Shown: positions 21,081-32,556, numbered from the stretch's first letter. The stretch: 64,000 nt of DNA from Candidatus Multivoradales bacterium (GCA_965223155.1 CBDCVR010000014.1:864001-928000), one strand, 5' to 3'. Notes: generated from the letters alone by a model not told the origin. A program made the numbers and translations.

Positions 21081-21677
21081 TTACAGGCCGTAGAGTGCGG
21101 CCACGTCCTCCGGCACCTTGGTCATGTCGATGACGATGCCGCGCTCCGCGCCGAGACGGCCGACAATCGCGCCGATCTCGGCCGGCGTGCCGGCGTTGGA
21201 CTCGCGCGCCTCGATGGCGACCGCGTCGAAGAAATCTCCGAACTTCCCGGCCGACGTTCCCACCAGCAGGATGGCGTCCTCGGCACTCGTGTTCCACATG
21301 GCGTGCAGGCTGTGCCGCGGCAAGAGGACGAAGCCCCCGGCCTTGAGTGTCCTGCGCTCGTCATTCACCATGAAGGTGACCGTCCCCTCGCGCACGTAGA
21401 AGAACTCGTCCTCGTGCGTGTGGGTATGAGGCGGCGCTCCGGGCGCTCCCGCGGCGATGCGGATCTCGAAAAAACTCATCCCGGCGAGGTTCGAGTCGGC
21501 ATCGGCCAGGCGCAGAGTCGGATGAAGCGGAAAGGCGATGGCCTCGCCTTCACCGCCATCCAACAAGATGGGCGGCCGCTTCTCCGTATCCGAGCCCGCG
21601 GCCCCGTCTTGTTCCAAACCCAGCACCACAACACTGCATGCCACAAACACCGCCAGGCCGACGGCAGCGTATTTCAT
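21081..21677 (-). CDS. Exported cupin domain protein
   Basis: PPHTHTHEDEFFYVREG and PRHSLHA cupin motifs; signal peptide. Confidence 0.88.
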   Translation of the reverse strand: MKYAAVGLAVFVACSVVVLGLEQDGAAGSDTEKRPPILLDGGEGEAIAFPLHPTLRLADADSNLAGMSFFEIRIAAGAPGAPPHTHTHEDEFFYVREGTVTFMVNDERRTLKAGGFVLLPRHSLHAMWNTSAEDAILLVGTSAGKFGDFFDAVAIEARESNAGTPAEIGAIVGRLGAERGIVIDMTKVPEDVAALYGL

Positions 21678-21849
21678 CAATCTGCTCCCTTCACGAATTG
21701 CTGTCTCCGTTCGATGCCCGGACTCTAAGCCGCGTCAGGACACCAATCAAGATTCGGCGAAGCTACGCCGCGACTGCTCTCCACAGGCACCAAACCTCCT
21801 CCGACGAAGTTGTCAGAGTGAGCGTTCGTGGCGCCGCCGCCTCTCCACC

Positions 21850-24558
21850 TCACGACGGGATCTCGTATTTCGACTCGAACTCCGCGAATCGCGGCAAGTC
21901 CCAGAGCGGCTCCCAGCGCGGGTCGAGCTTGAGCCACGGGATCGAGACCGGGGCCGACAGGTTCAGCAACACCTCGAGTTCGTCGAGGGCCAGGTCAAGC
22001 TCACCCACCATCGTATGCACCAAAGCCGCATCTTTCAGAGGAGACTGCCCCCAGTAGGGCTCACTTTCGATCGGCATCAGAGCCAGCGCCCGCTCAGTAG
22101 CCTCGAGTGCCTTGTCCTTCAGCTCGAGGCCCGCGTAGGCCATGGCGAGAGCCGAATGGAGATTGGCGTCCTCGGGGAAATCACGCACCGCGCTTTCGAG
22201 TTCTTCCCGCGCCTGCTGCCACGAGGCCCGCTCGAGCGCGCTCTGGCCGGATAGTCGATAGACCCACGCTCTCAGGGACGAAGTCGACGTAGCGTGCAGG
22301 TCAACCGAATACGTCGGTCGGTCGGGCATCGCTGCGAGACCCGCCACCGCCTCCTCGAACCTCCCTTCATAGACGCGCTGCCAGTACCAGTACCACTGAG
22401 AACGAGGCCGCGAGGTCGAGGAGCCCATCAGCTCGAGTAACTCGCGAGCTTCTCGCGTCTCGCCCTTCCACAGCCAGTACGCCAAGGCCGAGCGGTAGTA
22501 GAGCGAGTCGAAGTCGGGAGAGATTTCGGATGTGCGTTCCGCCAGCTCGATCGCCTGCGCGTAGTTCCGCATCCAGAGATGAGTGAAGGCCAAACGCGCC
22601 ATCGCGTCTTCGGACAGCGGGTCGATCTCGATAGCGCGCCGGAAGGCATTGAGAGCCTCGGGCCAGCGGCCGAGGCGCCGGTAGATTCTGCCCTGGCCGA
22701 AGAAGATGTCGAACGAAGTGATCTGCTTGGCGGCCCGTTCCAGCGCCGCGAGCGCCCGGGGATAGTTGCGCTCCACCTGAGTAAAGTACTGAGCCCTGGC
22801 CACCTCCACTTCCCAGGCTCCGGAAGCCAGAGCCTCGGCACTGTCGAGGGCTTTCCGTGAGGCGGCACCGTCCGCCTCCGAATGCTCCGGGCAGTGACTG
22901 ACGGCCGCCGCATAACCGCGCGCCAGAGCCGACCAAGCTTCCGTGAACCCTGGATCCAGGCTCAGCGCAGCCTCGAGCATCGGGATGTTCTCGCGAGCTC
23001 CCCAACAACTCGTGGCGTCACGCGCGAAACGCCCTCGGAGATAGAGTTGATACGCCTCTTGGTTGGAGGTCTTGTGCTTTTCGAATCGGGAGCGATCCGT
23101 ATCCAACAGCGCTGCGCCAAGCTCCCGCGCAACGTTGAGCGCAATCTCGGCCTGCAGCTCGAATATCTGCTCCATTGTCCGGTCATAGCCTTCGGCCCAC
23201 AGGTGGACATTGTCCGCAACTCGGACTAGACGGGGGCGGATCTTGACGCGGCTGCTGCCGTCGGCCGCCTTGGTCCATTGGATCGAGCCCGACAATACGA
23301 AATCCACCCCGAGCTGTTCCCCGATGTCGTCGGGTCCAAACTCAGCATCGCGGGGCGACTTCATACTGGCCGCCGACACGAGGTCGAGTCCCGGCAGCGT
23401 GGCGAGTTTGGTGATGATCTCCTCGGTAATGCCGGCAGCGAAGTATTCGTCCTCGGCCGGGCCGAGGTTGCGCAACGGCAACACCGCGATGAGCTTGCGA
23501 GGGTGTGCGGCGTCGGTCGCAACCAGCTCGGGCTCAACGGTAGAGCCACCCGAATCGTCCGCTCCTGTGCCGAGCCAGATCGCGGCCGCGACCGCGACCG
23601 CCAGCCCGGCAGCGGCGAGACCCATCCAGAGTCCGCGACGGGTCGACTCCGCCGTCCTTGCTGCGGCCGAGGAGACCCGACCCGAGGTCGAGTCCCTCCC
23701 CAACCGTTGCAGATCCGCCCGGAGATCCGCCGCGTGTTGGTAGCGTAGAGTTCTGTCCTTCTCCAGCGCCTTCCCGAGGATCCTCTCGAGCTCGGCGGGC
23801 ACATCCGGGTTGACTCGCCCCGGCTGCGTGGGCTCCCTGTTCAAGATCCCGTCGAAGATCGCCCCCGCCGTCCCGGCCTCGAAAGGTCCCTTCCCCGTCG
23901 CCATCTCATAGAGCACGACACCCAGCGAAAACAGATCGGTTCGCTCGTCGAGCTCAGTGCCCCGCACCTGCTCGGGAGACATGTAGCCGATCGTCCCCAT
24001 CGAGGTACCGGGCGTCGTCAGTCGTTCCGGAGCGAGTTCCGTCTCCGCCGCCTCTGAGGCCATTTTCGGTGCTTGCCCCGCGCGCACCTCGGTAACCTTC
24101 GCCAAACCGAAGTCCAGCACCTTGGCATCGCCGCGTTTCGTGACGAATAGGTTCGCCGGCTTGAGGTCCCGATGAACGATGCCGGCCGCATGCGCCGCTT
24201 CCAGGGCGTCCGCCACCTGCGAACCGAATCGCACGATCTCTTCGATCGGCACCGGCCTGCCGCGAATCCGATACTTAAGCGTCTCACCGTCAAGCAGCTC
24301 CATCACGAGGAAGTGGCGGCCCTCCTCTTCGCCCAGTTCGTGGACGGTGCAGATACTTGGGTGGTTTAGCGCCGAAGCCGCTCGTGCCTCGCGCTGGAAT
24401 CGTGCTAGAGCCGCGGCATCCTCGGCCAGATCGTCGGGCAAAAACTTGAGCGCCACCTGGCGGCCCAAGGTCAGATCCTCAGCCTGGTAGACGACCCCCA
24501 TGCCGCCACTCCCTAGCCTCTTGAGGATCTTGTAGTGGGTGACGGTAGTACCGATCAT
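21850..24558 (-). CDS. Ser/Thr protein kinase 3 (kinase + TM + TolB-N-like + TPR)
   Basis: [18 protein letters not shown]; [22 protein letters not shown]; IAVLPLRN. Confidence 0.93.
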   Translation of the reverse strand: MIGTTVTHYKILKRLGSGGMGVVYQAEDLTLGRQVALKFLPDDLAEDAAALARFQREARAASALNHPSICTVHELGEEEGRHFLVMELLDGETLKYRIRGRPVPIEEIVRFGSQVADALEAAHAAGIVHRDLKPANLFVTKRGDAKVLDFGLAKVTEVRAGQAPKMASEAAETELAPERLTTPGTSMGTIGYMSPEQVRGTELDERTDLFSLGVVLYEMATGKGPFEAGTAGAIFDGILNREPTQPGRVNPDVPAELERILGKALEKDRTLRYQHAADLRADLQRLGRDSTSGRVSSAAARTAESTRRGLWMGLAAAGLAVAVAAAIWLGTGADDSGGSTVEPELVATDAAHPRKLIAVLPLRNLGPAEDEYFAAGITEEIITKLATLPGLDLVSAASMKSPRDAEFGPDDIGEQLGVDFVLSGSIQWTKAADGSSRVKIRPRLVRVADNVHLWAEGYDRTMEQIFELQAEIALNVARELGAALLDTDRSRFEKHKTSNQEAYQLYLRGRFARDATSCWGARENIPMLEAALSLDPGFTEAWSALARGYAAAVSHCPEHSEADGAASRKALDSAEALASGAWEVEVARAQYFTQVERNYPRALAALERAAKQITSFDIFFGQGRIYRRLGRWPEALNAFRRAIEIDPLSEDAMARLAFTHLWMRNYAQAIELAERTSEISPDFDSLYYRSALAYWLWKGETREARELLELMGSSTSRPRSQWYWYWQRVYEGRFEEAVAGLAAMPDRPTYSVDLHATSTSSLRAWVYRLSGQSALERASWQQAREELESAVRDFPEDANLHSALAMAYAGLELKDKALEATERALALMPIESEPYWGQSPLKDAALVHTMVGELDLALDELEVLLNLSAPVSIPWLKLDPRWEPLWDLPRFAEFESKYEIPS

Positions 24559-24833
24559 CGAATCGACCCTGTCGGAGGACAGCCTCCATTGTCTCTACGT
24601 TGCCGGAATTCTAACGGAGATCGCGAAGCACCACGGGAACTGAGCACCTGCGTGGTCCGCCGCTACCGCGGGACCTCGTTCACCACGCTGGTCAACGTTC
24701 GGCCATCTGCCAAACAAGCAGTTCCGACGCGCGGTGCTGAGGACATGTTAAGGAAAGCAGCCAGCAGTTGCCTGCCACCTCACCGCCAGCGCACCACAAG
24801 AATCGCTGGTCGGGACGCTAGAATCGATCCGAC

Positions 24834-27590
24834 TTGATCGGTCAGCGACTCTTACACTACGAAATCACCGCCAAGCTCGGCGAGGGCGGGATGGGCGAAG
24901 TGTATCGAGCCCGAGACCGAAAGCTGGGGCGTGACGTCGCCATCAAGGTGCTGCCGGCGGATTTCCTCGCCGACGCGGAGCGACTGACACGGTTCGAGCG
25001 CGAAGCAAGAGCCCTGGCGTCGCTCAACCACGCCAACGTCGCCACGCTCCACGGTTTCGAGCGCGACGGGGACCTCCGGTTTCTGATCATGGAGCTGGTC
25101 GAGGGGGAAGACCTGAAGGCCAGGATCGCCCGCGGATCTATGCCCGCCAGCAAAGCCGTTCCGCTCCTTCTCCAAATCGCCGCTGGACTCGAAACTGCCC
25201 ACGAGCGTGGCATCGTGCATCGGGATCTCAAGCCCGCCAACATCAGGATCACGGCGAATGGCGACGTCAAGCTCCTCGACTTCGGACTTGCCAAGGCCCT
25301 GGTAGAGGACGAGAAGACGGTCGGATCTTCCCGCTCGCCGACACAGCCGGCAGAGGCCACCGCAGCCGGAGCTCTGATGGGTACGGCTCCCTACATGAGC
25401 CCAGAGCAGCTTCGCGGCGCACCGGTGGACCGTCGTACCGACATCTGGTCCTTCGGCTGTCTCATGTTCGAGGTCCTCTCGGGCCGTCGAGCCTTCCAAC
25501 ACGACTCGATCGCCGAGGAGACGGCAGCAATCCTCAAGGAGGAGCCAGAGTGGTCGCTCCTGCCCTCTTCGGTGCCGCCGTTGCTGAACCGGCTCCTTCA
25601 TTGGTGCTTGACCAAGGACGTCCGGCACCGTTTCCAGCACATCGGCGACGTCAGGATCCTTCTGGGCGAAGCTCTCGAAGAGGATCCTGTCGGCAACCAA
25701 GTCGGTTCGTCGGCGCGGGGCCCGTCCTGGCGACGACTCCTGCCTGCAGGCCTGGCGGCGTTTGTCGCGGGTGCGGCGATCATGTGGCTAGTGCGTGGCC
25801 CAGAATCGTCGCCGCAGCAGCCACAGCCGGCCGCAGCCGCCTGGGATGCCCGCCCCCTGACAGTCACCGGCGATGCCTGGAACGTCACGATCTCACCCGA
25901 CGGCGAGACGGTCGCCTACCTGACCGCCGAGGGTTTGGTGACCCACGATGTCCAGGCCGGGGGCCCCAACCTGATTCTGCCGGACCCGGGCTGGGGGCGC
26001 GGAGAGCGAGTTCAGAGGCTTGGTATGGCGCGGGGAGAACCGCAGTGGCTTTGGGATGGCTCCGGCATCGCTTTCAATGTCCGCGTCGACTCCTCGACCC
26101 TCGGAATTTCCTCGGTGCCCCGCATGGGTGGCGAACCGGTCCCGAAACTCGTGACCTCGTTCCGCGGCGGTGAAGTCGAGGCCAACTTTCAGTCACTTCC
26201 CGGGGACGCCTTCCTGCTCGCCAGGGTTCTCGAGGACCGAACGGCCGCTCCCTGGCTCCGATTGCTGGGCGAAGAATCGGAAGTCCGGATCGACGTTCCA
26301 ACTGAAATCGAGAACTTGTGGGACGCCGCAGCCTCGCCAGACGCTGGCTGGATCGCATACATCGGTGAGCGGGCTGACCGCACGAACATCGTGGCCACGA
26401 TCTCTCGGGATGGAAACCAACACCATCTCATCGCTCAACGAGGGACTGAGCTTTCGAAGTGGGGCGAACTGTCCACCAACCGTCAATGGGCCGACCACGA
26501 GATCATGCGGTGGCCGCGCGGCGACCGCGTCTACTACAGGCAGTACTCATCGCGCGGGATGGATATCCACGCGGTGACGATCGATCTCGACACCGGCAAA
26601 GCTGTCGGGAACCCTGAGTTGGTTCTCGCAGGGCTGCCTCCGGGTTCTACATTCGATGTAGCAGCGGGCGGCCAGCGTTTGGTCTACTCGGGCGGCATCG
26701 TCAAGACACAGATCCGACTGTTCCGGTTCGATCTGAATCGCGGCGGCGACCCGACCGAGGATCGTGCGCTCACCCGGGGGACGGCGCGGCACGTCGCGCC
26801 ACGGTTCTCACCCGACGGCAAGCGGCTCGCGTATATCCGCAAAACGGGGCGCTCGGAAGACATCTTCGTCGTGCCGGCAGCCGGCGGCGATGCCAGGCGC
26901 TTGCGCGTCCTCTCCAAGTGGAATGAGATCGTCGATCTGAAGTGGTCACCGAGTGGCGACGCCTTGGCAGTCTACGCACTCACTCCGAGCGGGACGAAGC
27001 TGATGATCGTCTCGCTCTCCGACTCGCGGGTCCGAGAGCTTTCGACGCGGCCCGTTCACAGCACATGGTTTGACTGGTCGCCCGACGGGGAATGGATCAC
27101 CTATGGCACCGCCTCCGACATGGTCTATGTGCTCCACCACCTTTCCACGGGCGAGGAGCGCGAGATGTTTCGAGAGCTCGACGGCGAGAAGATCCAAGCG
27201 ATTTTCTCGGCCACGGGCCGCGAGCTGCTGGTCAACAACATCGGCTTGGCCGCGCAGGGACTGTGGGCCAAGGAGCTCGACGGCGAGGAGGTGCGACTCG
27301 TCACGTCGGAGGCCTCGTTACGGACGTATCCGTTGGAGTGGACTCAGGACGGCACGATCTACCTGCTCGACCCGAATGGAGTCCTCTTCACCCTCTCCGC
27401 CTCGGGTGGATCTCTCCGGGAGTTCGGTCGCATCCCAGGGGCGCCGATCTGGGAGGGCTGGGCCGACATGTGGATCGAGGGTGGGTCCCTCTACCTTGCC
27501 TGTGCTATCGATGAGCCTCGCGAGTCTGACGTCTGGGTTCTAGATCGCGTCGATGCGCCCGCCGGGGGCGGGCGTGCCTCCTCTTCGTGA
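24834..27590 (+). CDS. Ser/Thr protein kinase 4 (kinase + TM + TolB-like beta-propeller)
   Basis: Kinase motifs; repeated SPDG..AY blades. Confidence 0.92.
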   Translation: MIGQRLLHYEITAKLGEGGMGEVYRARDRKLGRDVAIKVLPADFLADAERLTRFEREARALASLNHANVATLHGFERDGDLRFLIMELVEGEDLKARIARGSMPASKAVPLLLQIAAGLETAHERGIVHRDLKPANIRITANGDVKLLDFGLAKALVEDEKTVGSSRSPTQPAEATAAGALMGTAPYMSPEQLRGAPVDRRTDIWSFGCLMFEVLSGRRAFQHDSIAEETAAILKEEPEWSLLPSSVPPLLNRLLHWCLTKDVRHRFQHIGDVRILLGEALEEDPVGNQVGSSARGPSWRRLLPAGLAAFVAGAAIMWLVRGPESSPQQPQPAAAAWDARPLTVTGDAWNVTISPDGETVAYLTAEGLVTHDVQAGGPNLILPDPGWGRGERVQRLGMARGEPQWLWDGSGIAFNVRVDSSTLGISSVPRMGGEPVPKLVTSFRGGEVEANFQSLPGDAFLLARVLEDRTAAPWLRLLGEESEVRIDVPTEIENLWDAAASPDAGWIAYIGERADRTNIVATISRDGNQHHLIAQRGTELSKWGELSTNRQWADHEIMRWPRGDRVYYRQYSSRGMDIHAVTIDLDTGKAVGNPELVLAGLPPGSTFDVAAGGQRLVYSGGIVKTQIRLFRFDLNRGGDPTEDRALTRGTARHVAPRFSPDGKRLAYIRKTGRSEDIFVVPAAGGDARRLRVLSKWNEIVDLKWSPSGDALAVYALTPSGTKLMIVSLSDSRVRELSTRPVHSTWFDWSPDGEWITYGTASDMVYVLHHLSTGEEREMFRELDGEKIQAIFSATGRELLVNNIGLAAQGLWAKELDGEEVRLVTSEASLRTYPLEWTQDGTIYLLDPNGVLFTLSASGGSLREFGRIPGAPIWEGWADMWIEGGSLYLACAIDEPRESDVWVLDRVDAPAGGGRASSS

Positions 27591-27827
27591 GCTGTGCACG
27601 TCCCTTAGCCTGGTTCCTGGAGCTCGATCGGGGACCCGCCTCGCAAGCAAGAGGAGAGCACGCCCGCCAAGGCGGGAAGACGAATCGTGACCGAACACCA
27701 CGGCCCGTCGTTCGCAGAGATCATTGCATCGGCTCTCGGGTGCGGCTAGGCCAGCACGCGGTTGTCCGGCCCTGAGTCCCCCGAGCAGATCGGCCTTCCT
27801 GATGTGCCACAGGAAGGCACAGGTGAT

Positions 27828-27865
27828 GCCAGCGTAGCGGCCGAGCGAACCCGGATAGGTGCCCA
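27828..27865 (-). repeat. 38-bp copy of an internal mpaA-like gene segment (41540-41577)
   Basis: 36/38 identity by eye; encodes GTYPGSLGRYAG. Confidence 0.85.
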
Positions 27866-27898
27866 AACCACCATTCGAGACGCTAGAATTAGCCTAAC

Positions 27899-30577
27899 TT
27901 GATCGGCGAGCGATTCGCACATTACGAGATCAGCGCCAAGCTCGGTGAAGGCGGCATGGGCGAGGTGTACCGCTCCACGGACACCAAGCTCGGACGCGAG
28001 GTGGCCATGAAGCTCCTTCCGGCCGAGATGTCGAAAGACCCCGGGCGGCTCGAGCGCTTCAAGCGCGAGGCGCAGACCATCGCTTCGCTCAACCATCCCA
28101 ACATCGTCACCATCCACTCGGTCGAAGAAGAGGGTGGGCGTCACTTCCTGACCATGGAGCTGGTCGATGGCCAGACCCTCGACCGCCTCATGAGGTTCGG
28201 CGGCCTGCCGGTCTCCCGGCTCTTCGAGCTGGCGATTCCCATCGCCGACGCCCCTGCCGAAGCCCATGCGCAGGGGATCACCCATAGAGACATCAAGCCC
28301 GCCAACGTGATGGTCAACGGGAAAGGCCAAGTCAAGATCCTCGACTTCGGCCTCGCCAAACTCGCCGAGGACGGCGCTGTTGACGGTGGAACCGCTACCG
28401 AGGCTCTGACCCAAGACGGCTTAGTGGTCGGAACCGTTCACTACATGTCGCCCGAGCAAGCGCGCGGCGAGCCCGCGGACCCGCGCTCCGACGTCTTCTC
28501 GCTCGGCGTGCTTCTCTTCGAGATAGCCACGGGCACGCTGCCCTTCCAAGGCAACAGTTCAGTAGAGATCCTGTCGTCGATCTTGAGAGACGAACCGGCC
28601 TCGGTCTCCGACGTCAACGCCGAGCTTCCGAATCACCTGGGCAGAGTTGTTCGGCGGTGCCTAGAGAAGGATCCCGACAAGCGCTATCAGTCGGCCCTTG
28701 ACATTCGCAACGAACTCCAGAGCCTAAGAAGGGAAATCGACTCCGGGGTGTCGAGGACGGCGGCGGTGCCTCCACCAGCGGCTTCCTCATCCGCTCCGGA
28801 TTGGAAGCGCCTCGTGCCCTATCTGCTCGCGGTCCTGATTGCAGCGCCGTTCACCTGGTGGGCTCTGCGCGATCGCGCCGCCGACCCGCCAGGCTCGGAG
28901 GCCGGCTCGGCGTCCCGCGCCGCAGCCGAGCGCCCGATGATCGTGGTTCTGCCCTTCGAGAACTTGGGCTCACCGGACGACGAATACTTCTCGGAGGGCA
29001 TGACCGACGAAGTGATCAACCGGCTGACGTCAGTGGCGGGTCTTGGCGTCATTTCGCGTACCACGGCTTTTCAGTACTCCACCGAGGGCAAGTCGTTGCC
29101 CACGATCGCTCGGGAGCTGCGCGTAGATCACGTGGTGACCGGCACGGTACGCTGGTCCAAGGGCAGTGACGGACCCAGCCGCGTGCGAATCACGCCACGG
29201 CTGGCCAATGCGGCAGAGGATCGCCAAGTCTGGTCTCAGACCTTCGAACGCGACGTTGCCGACGTTTTTGCCGTCCAAGACGAGATCGCTTCCAAGGTCG
29301 CCGCCAGCCTCGGTCTCGCCTTCGCCACCGCCGAGAGAGCGGCTTTCCAAGGGGCCACCCCCGAGGCATATCAGGCCTACCTCAAGGCGAACTCGCACCA
29401 CGTTCGACCCGGCGGCCATAGCCACGATCTGCGCCAAGCGCTCCGGCTGGCAGAGACCGCGACCGACCTCGCTCCCGGATTCGCTGCGGCTTGGGCTCTT
29501 CTCGCGGAGGCGAACGCCGTCTTCGTGATCTGGGGAAGAGACCTGCGACCCGAGCGCCTCGAGCAGGCGCGAGCGGCCCTGGCACGCGCCCAGGCCCTCG
29601 CGCCCGACTCTCCGGAGGCGATTTGGGCGCGCGCCCGTATTCTCTATGCCGAGGGCGACTACGAGGCGGCCCTCGCGGCCTATCAGGACTTGAATCGCTT
29701 GGAGCCCGCGAACCCACGGGTGGCGAACAGATTGGGCTCGATCTATCGTCGATTGGGTCGCTTCGAGGAGTCGGCCGAAGAGCTCGAGCGGGCAGCAGAG
29801 TTGGACCCCTTGGATGCATCGTCGAATCTGGCCTCGACTTGCGTCATGCTCCGCCGCCACGAGTGTGCGGATCGCGCGAGCTCGCGAGCGATCGAACTCG
29901 TACCCGACCAGGTGATCGGGCACTTCCTGAAGTTCCTGAATCTGCTTCTCTGGAGGGGAGACCTGGAGGCTGCGGCTCAGGTTGCGGCAGGTCTCGAACA
30001 GGCCGAAGGATTCTGGGCGGTCTGGATCAAATACCATGCCGCCCTGCTGGCTCGGGATGGCGCCGCGGCTCTGGCGGTCTTGGATGAAACCTCGCTCGAT
30101 GCGCTGACGCACTTCCGCGGGTACTGGCCCAAGGACCTCCTCAGGGCCAGGGCCTACCGGATCACAGGTGAGGCTGAGGCCGAGCGCCTTGCGCTCGAAG
30201 CGGCTGAGCAGCACCTCCGGGGGGAGCTGGATCGGCGGCCCAAGGACCCCCGGATCTGGGCGACGCTCGGCATTGTTCTGTCTCGCCTCGATCGGCCCGT
30301 CGCCGCAGTCGAGGCCGGCGAACAGGCGGTCTCGCTTTTCCCTCTCGAGCGCGATCCGTATACTGCACCGGCCTTCCTGGTGGATCTGGCGGAAACCTAC
30401 GCGCACAGCGGCCGGCCAGATGACGCGGTCGCGACGCTGGAGCAGGTACTCTCCATTCCCGAATTGTTGACGCCGCACTACATTCAGCTGGATCCGCGCT
30501 GGGATCCACTCCGGGGTCAGCCCGGCTTCGAGCGCATCACCGCAGCAGAGGTGAAGGGGCCGCGCACGTCTCCGTGA
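27899..30577 (+). CDS. Ser/Thr protein kinase 5 (kinase + TM + TolB-N-like + TPR)
   Basis: [17 protein letters not shown]; IVVLPFEN; TPRs. Confidence 0.93.
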   Translation: MIGERFAHYEISAKLGEGGMGEVYRSTDTKLGREVAMKLLPAEMSKDPGRLERFKREAQTIASLNHPNIVTIHSVEEEGGRHFLTMELVDGQTLDRLMRFGGLPVSRLFELAIPIADAPAEAHAQGITHRDIKPANVMVNGKGQVKILDFGLAKLAEDGAVDGGTATEALTQDGLVVGTVHYMSPEQARGEPADPRSDVFSLGVLLFEIATGTLPFQGNSSVEILSSILRDEPASVSDVNAELPNHLGRVVRRCLEKDPDKRYQSALDIRNELQSLRREIDSGVSRTAAVPPPAASSSAPDWKRLVPYLLAVLIAAPFTWWALRDRAADPPGSEAGSASRAAAERPMIVVLPFENLGSPDDEYFSEGMTDEVINRLTSVAGLGVISRTTAFQYSTEGKSLPTIARELRVDHVVTGTVRWSKGSDGPSRVRITPRLANAAEDRQVWSQTFERDVADVFAVQDEIASKVAASLGLAFATAERAAFQGATPEAYQAYLKANSHHVRPGGHSHDLRQALRLAETATDLAPGFAAAWALLAEANAVFVIWGRDLRPERLEQARAALARAQALAPDSPEAIWARARILYAEGDYEAALAAYQDLNRLEPANPRVANRLGSIYRRLGRFEESAEELERAAELDPLDASSNLASTCVMLRRHECADRASSRAIELVPDQVIGHFLKFLNLLLWRGDLEAAAQVAAGLEQAEGFWAVWIKYHAALLARDGAAALAVLDETSLDALTHFRGYWPKDLLRARAYRITGEAEAERLALEAAEQHLRGELDRRPKDPRIWATLGIVLSRLDRPVAAVEAGEQAVSLFPLERDPYTAPAFLVDLAETYAHSGRPDDAVATLEQVLSIPELLTPHYIQLDPRWDPLRGQPGFERITAAEVKGPRTSP

Positions 30578-30626
30578 TCGATTCGAGGCGAATCGATGTC
30601 TGAACCGAGTCGATAGCAGCTGGGTC

Positions 30627-30813
30627 TGGTGGAAGCGCGCTGGGCCACTCCAGAGCGCCCGAGCCACAGACGAGGACGCGACGACCGATGAGCATGCGCA
30701 TCCGGTGTCTGCGGAGCAGATGGCGGAAGCGCATGGGTCGCTCTAGAGCGCCCGAGCCGCAGGCGAGGACGCGACGACCGATGAGCATGCGGGTCCGGTG
30801 TCTGCGGAGCAGA
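30627..30813 (-). repeat. Two ~93-bp tRNA-Sec-3'-end repeat units (array A)
   Basis: Units start 30627 (degenerate) and 30721; begin TGGCGGAAGCGCATGGG on + strand. Confidence 0.92.
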
Positions 30814-30881
30814 TGGCGGAAGCGCATGGGAATCGAACCCACTCCCGACGTGGCATCCCACGCCGGACTACGGTCTTGAAG
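30814..30881 (-). mobile_element. Displaced selC 3' fragment A (att-like junction)
   Basis: 68 bp matching 41115-41182; ends at the anticodon loop. Confidence 0.9.
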
Positions 30882-31019
30882 GTTGGCGCGATCCAACTGA
30901 CGACAACAGTCGGCAGCTGGTAACCACAGCCAACGCAGATGGTTGCGGGGCCCTGTCTTGTTGAGGGCTGTTGCGGAGAGTGGGCATGAGTTGCCGCCTG
31001 CTGCACCACCAGTGCACCA
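30882..31019. promoter_or_regulatory. Conserved att-arm-like module A
   Basis: CAAC at +13/+23, CAGC at +33, GTTG at +61/+79/+89/+109, TGCACCA at 31002 and 31013. Confidence 0.75.
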
Positions 31020-31139
31020 CCAAACCCGCGGTTCAAAGAGTCGAGGAGACCAAGCCCCCCCACAACCCGCTTCTGCGAAGTGCGCGAGCGTTCTGGCGTC
31101 CACCCAAGATCCTCTCACTCGGTGCTCTATACTCCTTCC

Positions 31140-31403
31140 ATGCGGTCTGGAAAGAGCGACACCTCCCCCGACGTCGACGAGATACTCGTCGCGGGCTACC
31201 GCCGCATGACGCCTGGACAGAGGATGGACCGGGTCACCGATCTGAACCGCGCGCTACGCGAGCTGGCCCTCGCAGGTATCCGTCAGCGCCACGGCTCGGA
31301 CCTAACGGCGGAAGAGGAGAAACTCCACCTGGCCGCCCTCTCGATCGACCGGGAAACCATGATCCGCGCCTTTGGATGGGATCCCGACGAGCATGGCCTC
31401 TGA
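31140..31403 (+). CDS. Small DTSP-motif protein, partner of nucleotidyltransferase
   Basis: TATACT-6nt-ATG; DTSPDV..GYRRMTPGQR; paralog of 20797-21039. Confidence 0.8.
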   Translation: MRSGKSDTSPDVDEILVAGYRRMTPGQRMDRVTDLNRALRELALAGIRQRHGSDLTAEEEKLHLAALSIDRETMIRAFGWDPDEHGL

Positions 31404-31986
31404 CGCCGGCGCCGACGCCCTTGAGCTAGCTCTGCGCGTGATCCGGATCCTGGAGGATCTGGGCGCGCCGGCCTGGATCGGAGGCTCGCTCGCCAGCTCG
31501 ATATTCGGGATCCCACGAGCCACGCAGGATGCGGACATCGTTGCCGATCTGCGCGCCGAAATGGTCCGCCCCTTCATCGAGAGGTTGGGTGAACACTTCT
31601 ACGCCGACTCCGAGCGCATCCGCGAGGGCGTCGAGCGGCGGTCATCGTTCAATCTGATCTACCTGCCCACCATGTTCAAGATCGACGTTTTCGTCCTCGG
31701 TCATGATTCCCGTTCACAGCGTGAGCTCGAACGGCGTCGCCATGTCGAGATCGGTGAAGCTCGAGGCCGAGTGCCCGTCACATCGCCGGAAGACATCGTG
31801 GTGCGCAAGCTCGCTTGGTACCGCGACGGGGGCTCGGTTTCCGATCGCCAGTGGCGAGACGCCCTGGGTGTCGCTCGAGTCCAGCGAGAGCGACTCGACT
31901 TGGACTACCTGAGTGGGGCGGCCGACGAGCTGGCGGTTACCGATCTTCTGGACGAGCTGCTCGCGGAGGCGGGGATAGCGCCCTAG
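31393..31986 (+). CDS. Pol-beta-fold nucleotidyltransferase-like protein
   Basis: IGGSLASSIFGIPRATQDADIV, KIDVF, EDIVVRKL, RQWRD; paralog of 20219-20800. Confidence 0.8.
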   Translation: MASDAGADALELALRVIRILEDLGAPAWIGGSLASSIFGIPRATQDADIVADLRAEMVRPFIERLGEHFYADSERIREGVERRSSFNLIYLPTMFKIDVFVLGHDSRSQRELERRRHVEIGEARGRVPVTSPEDIVVRKLAWYRDGGSVSDRQWRDALGVARVQRERLDLDYLSGAADELAVTDLLDELLAEAGIAP

Positions 31987-31996
31987 CAGGCATACC

Positions 31997-32347
31997 TCAA
32001 CCTTCGTTCCTAGCTGCCTCTTTGATGGCTGCGGTGAGAAGCTCCTTGCCGGGCCAGTCCTGGCAGTCCTGGTAGCGATAGGCGAGACGAACGACGCCAG
32101 CCTGATCCACGACGAATTCGCCGGGTAAGAGCCAGGGATTGGCCACCAACGCTGTTGCGGAGCCGTGGCGGGACTGCTGCAGTTCGCGCCCGGTCTCGAA
32201 GTCGAATCGCATGTACTCCTCCGGCGCGTCGTCCATGATCTGTGAGACTTGGCCTTCGAGAAGGTCGAACGCGTTGTATGCGCTATATGTCGGATCGGAC
32301 AGGATAGGAGTTGGCAGGTCCTGCGCCTCGTCCAGCTGGACACCCGT
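31997..32347 (-). pseudogene. 5'-truncated AhpC/TSA peroxiredoxin-like fragment
   Basis: Frame gives LPTPILSDPTYSAYNAFDL...LPGEFVVDQAGVVRLAY; no N-terminal active site, stop upstream. Confidence 0.6.
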
Positions 32348-32530
32348 TCAGCTATCGGGAAACCAGGGATGTGAGCGATCAAGAAGCTGGGCCTCCTACT
32401 CCGCTCCCACTCCCTCTCAGGCGGACTGGTGCGAGCACTACCCAGTGCGCAGGAGCGGGATCCCGCCCCCCGCGGAGGCCCCTCGCCCCAGCCGGAGTCC
32501 ACGAGGCTCGCGCCCAGTGAGATGCTGCGC

Positions 32531-32556
32531 TAAAATCTTGCTAGCAATTGATAGCA
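32531..32556 (+). promoter_or_regulatory. -10 box and palindromic operator of RelBE-like operon
   Basis: TAAAAT 32531-36; TGCTAgCAATTGaTAGCA inverted repeat 32539-56. Confidence 0.65.

Noticed and set aside
31997-32400. AhpC-like ORF as a selenoprotein read through the TGA at 32348-32350
   Set aside because: The TGA is not in a CxxU-type context and the upstream sequence does not look like a thioredoxin fold; a truncation explains it better
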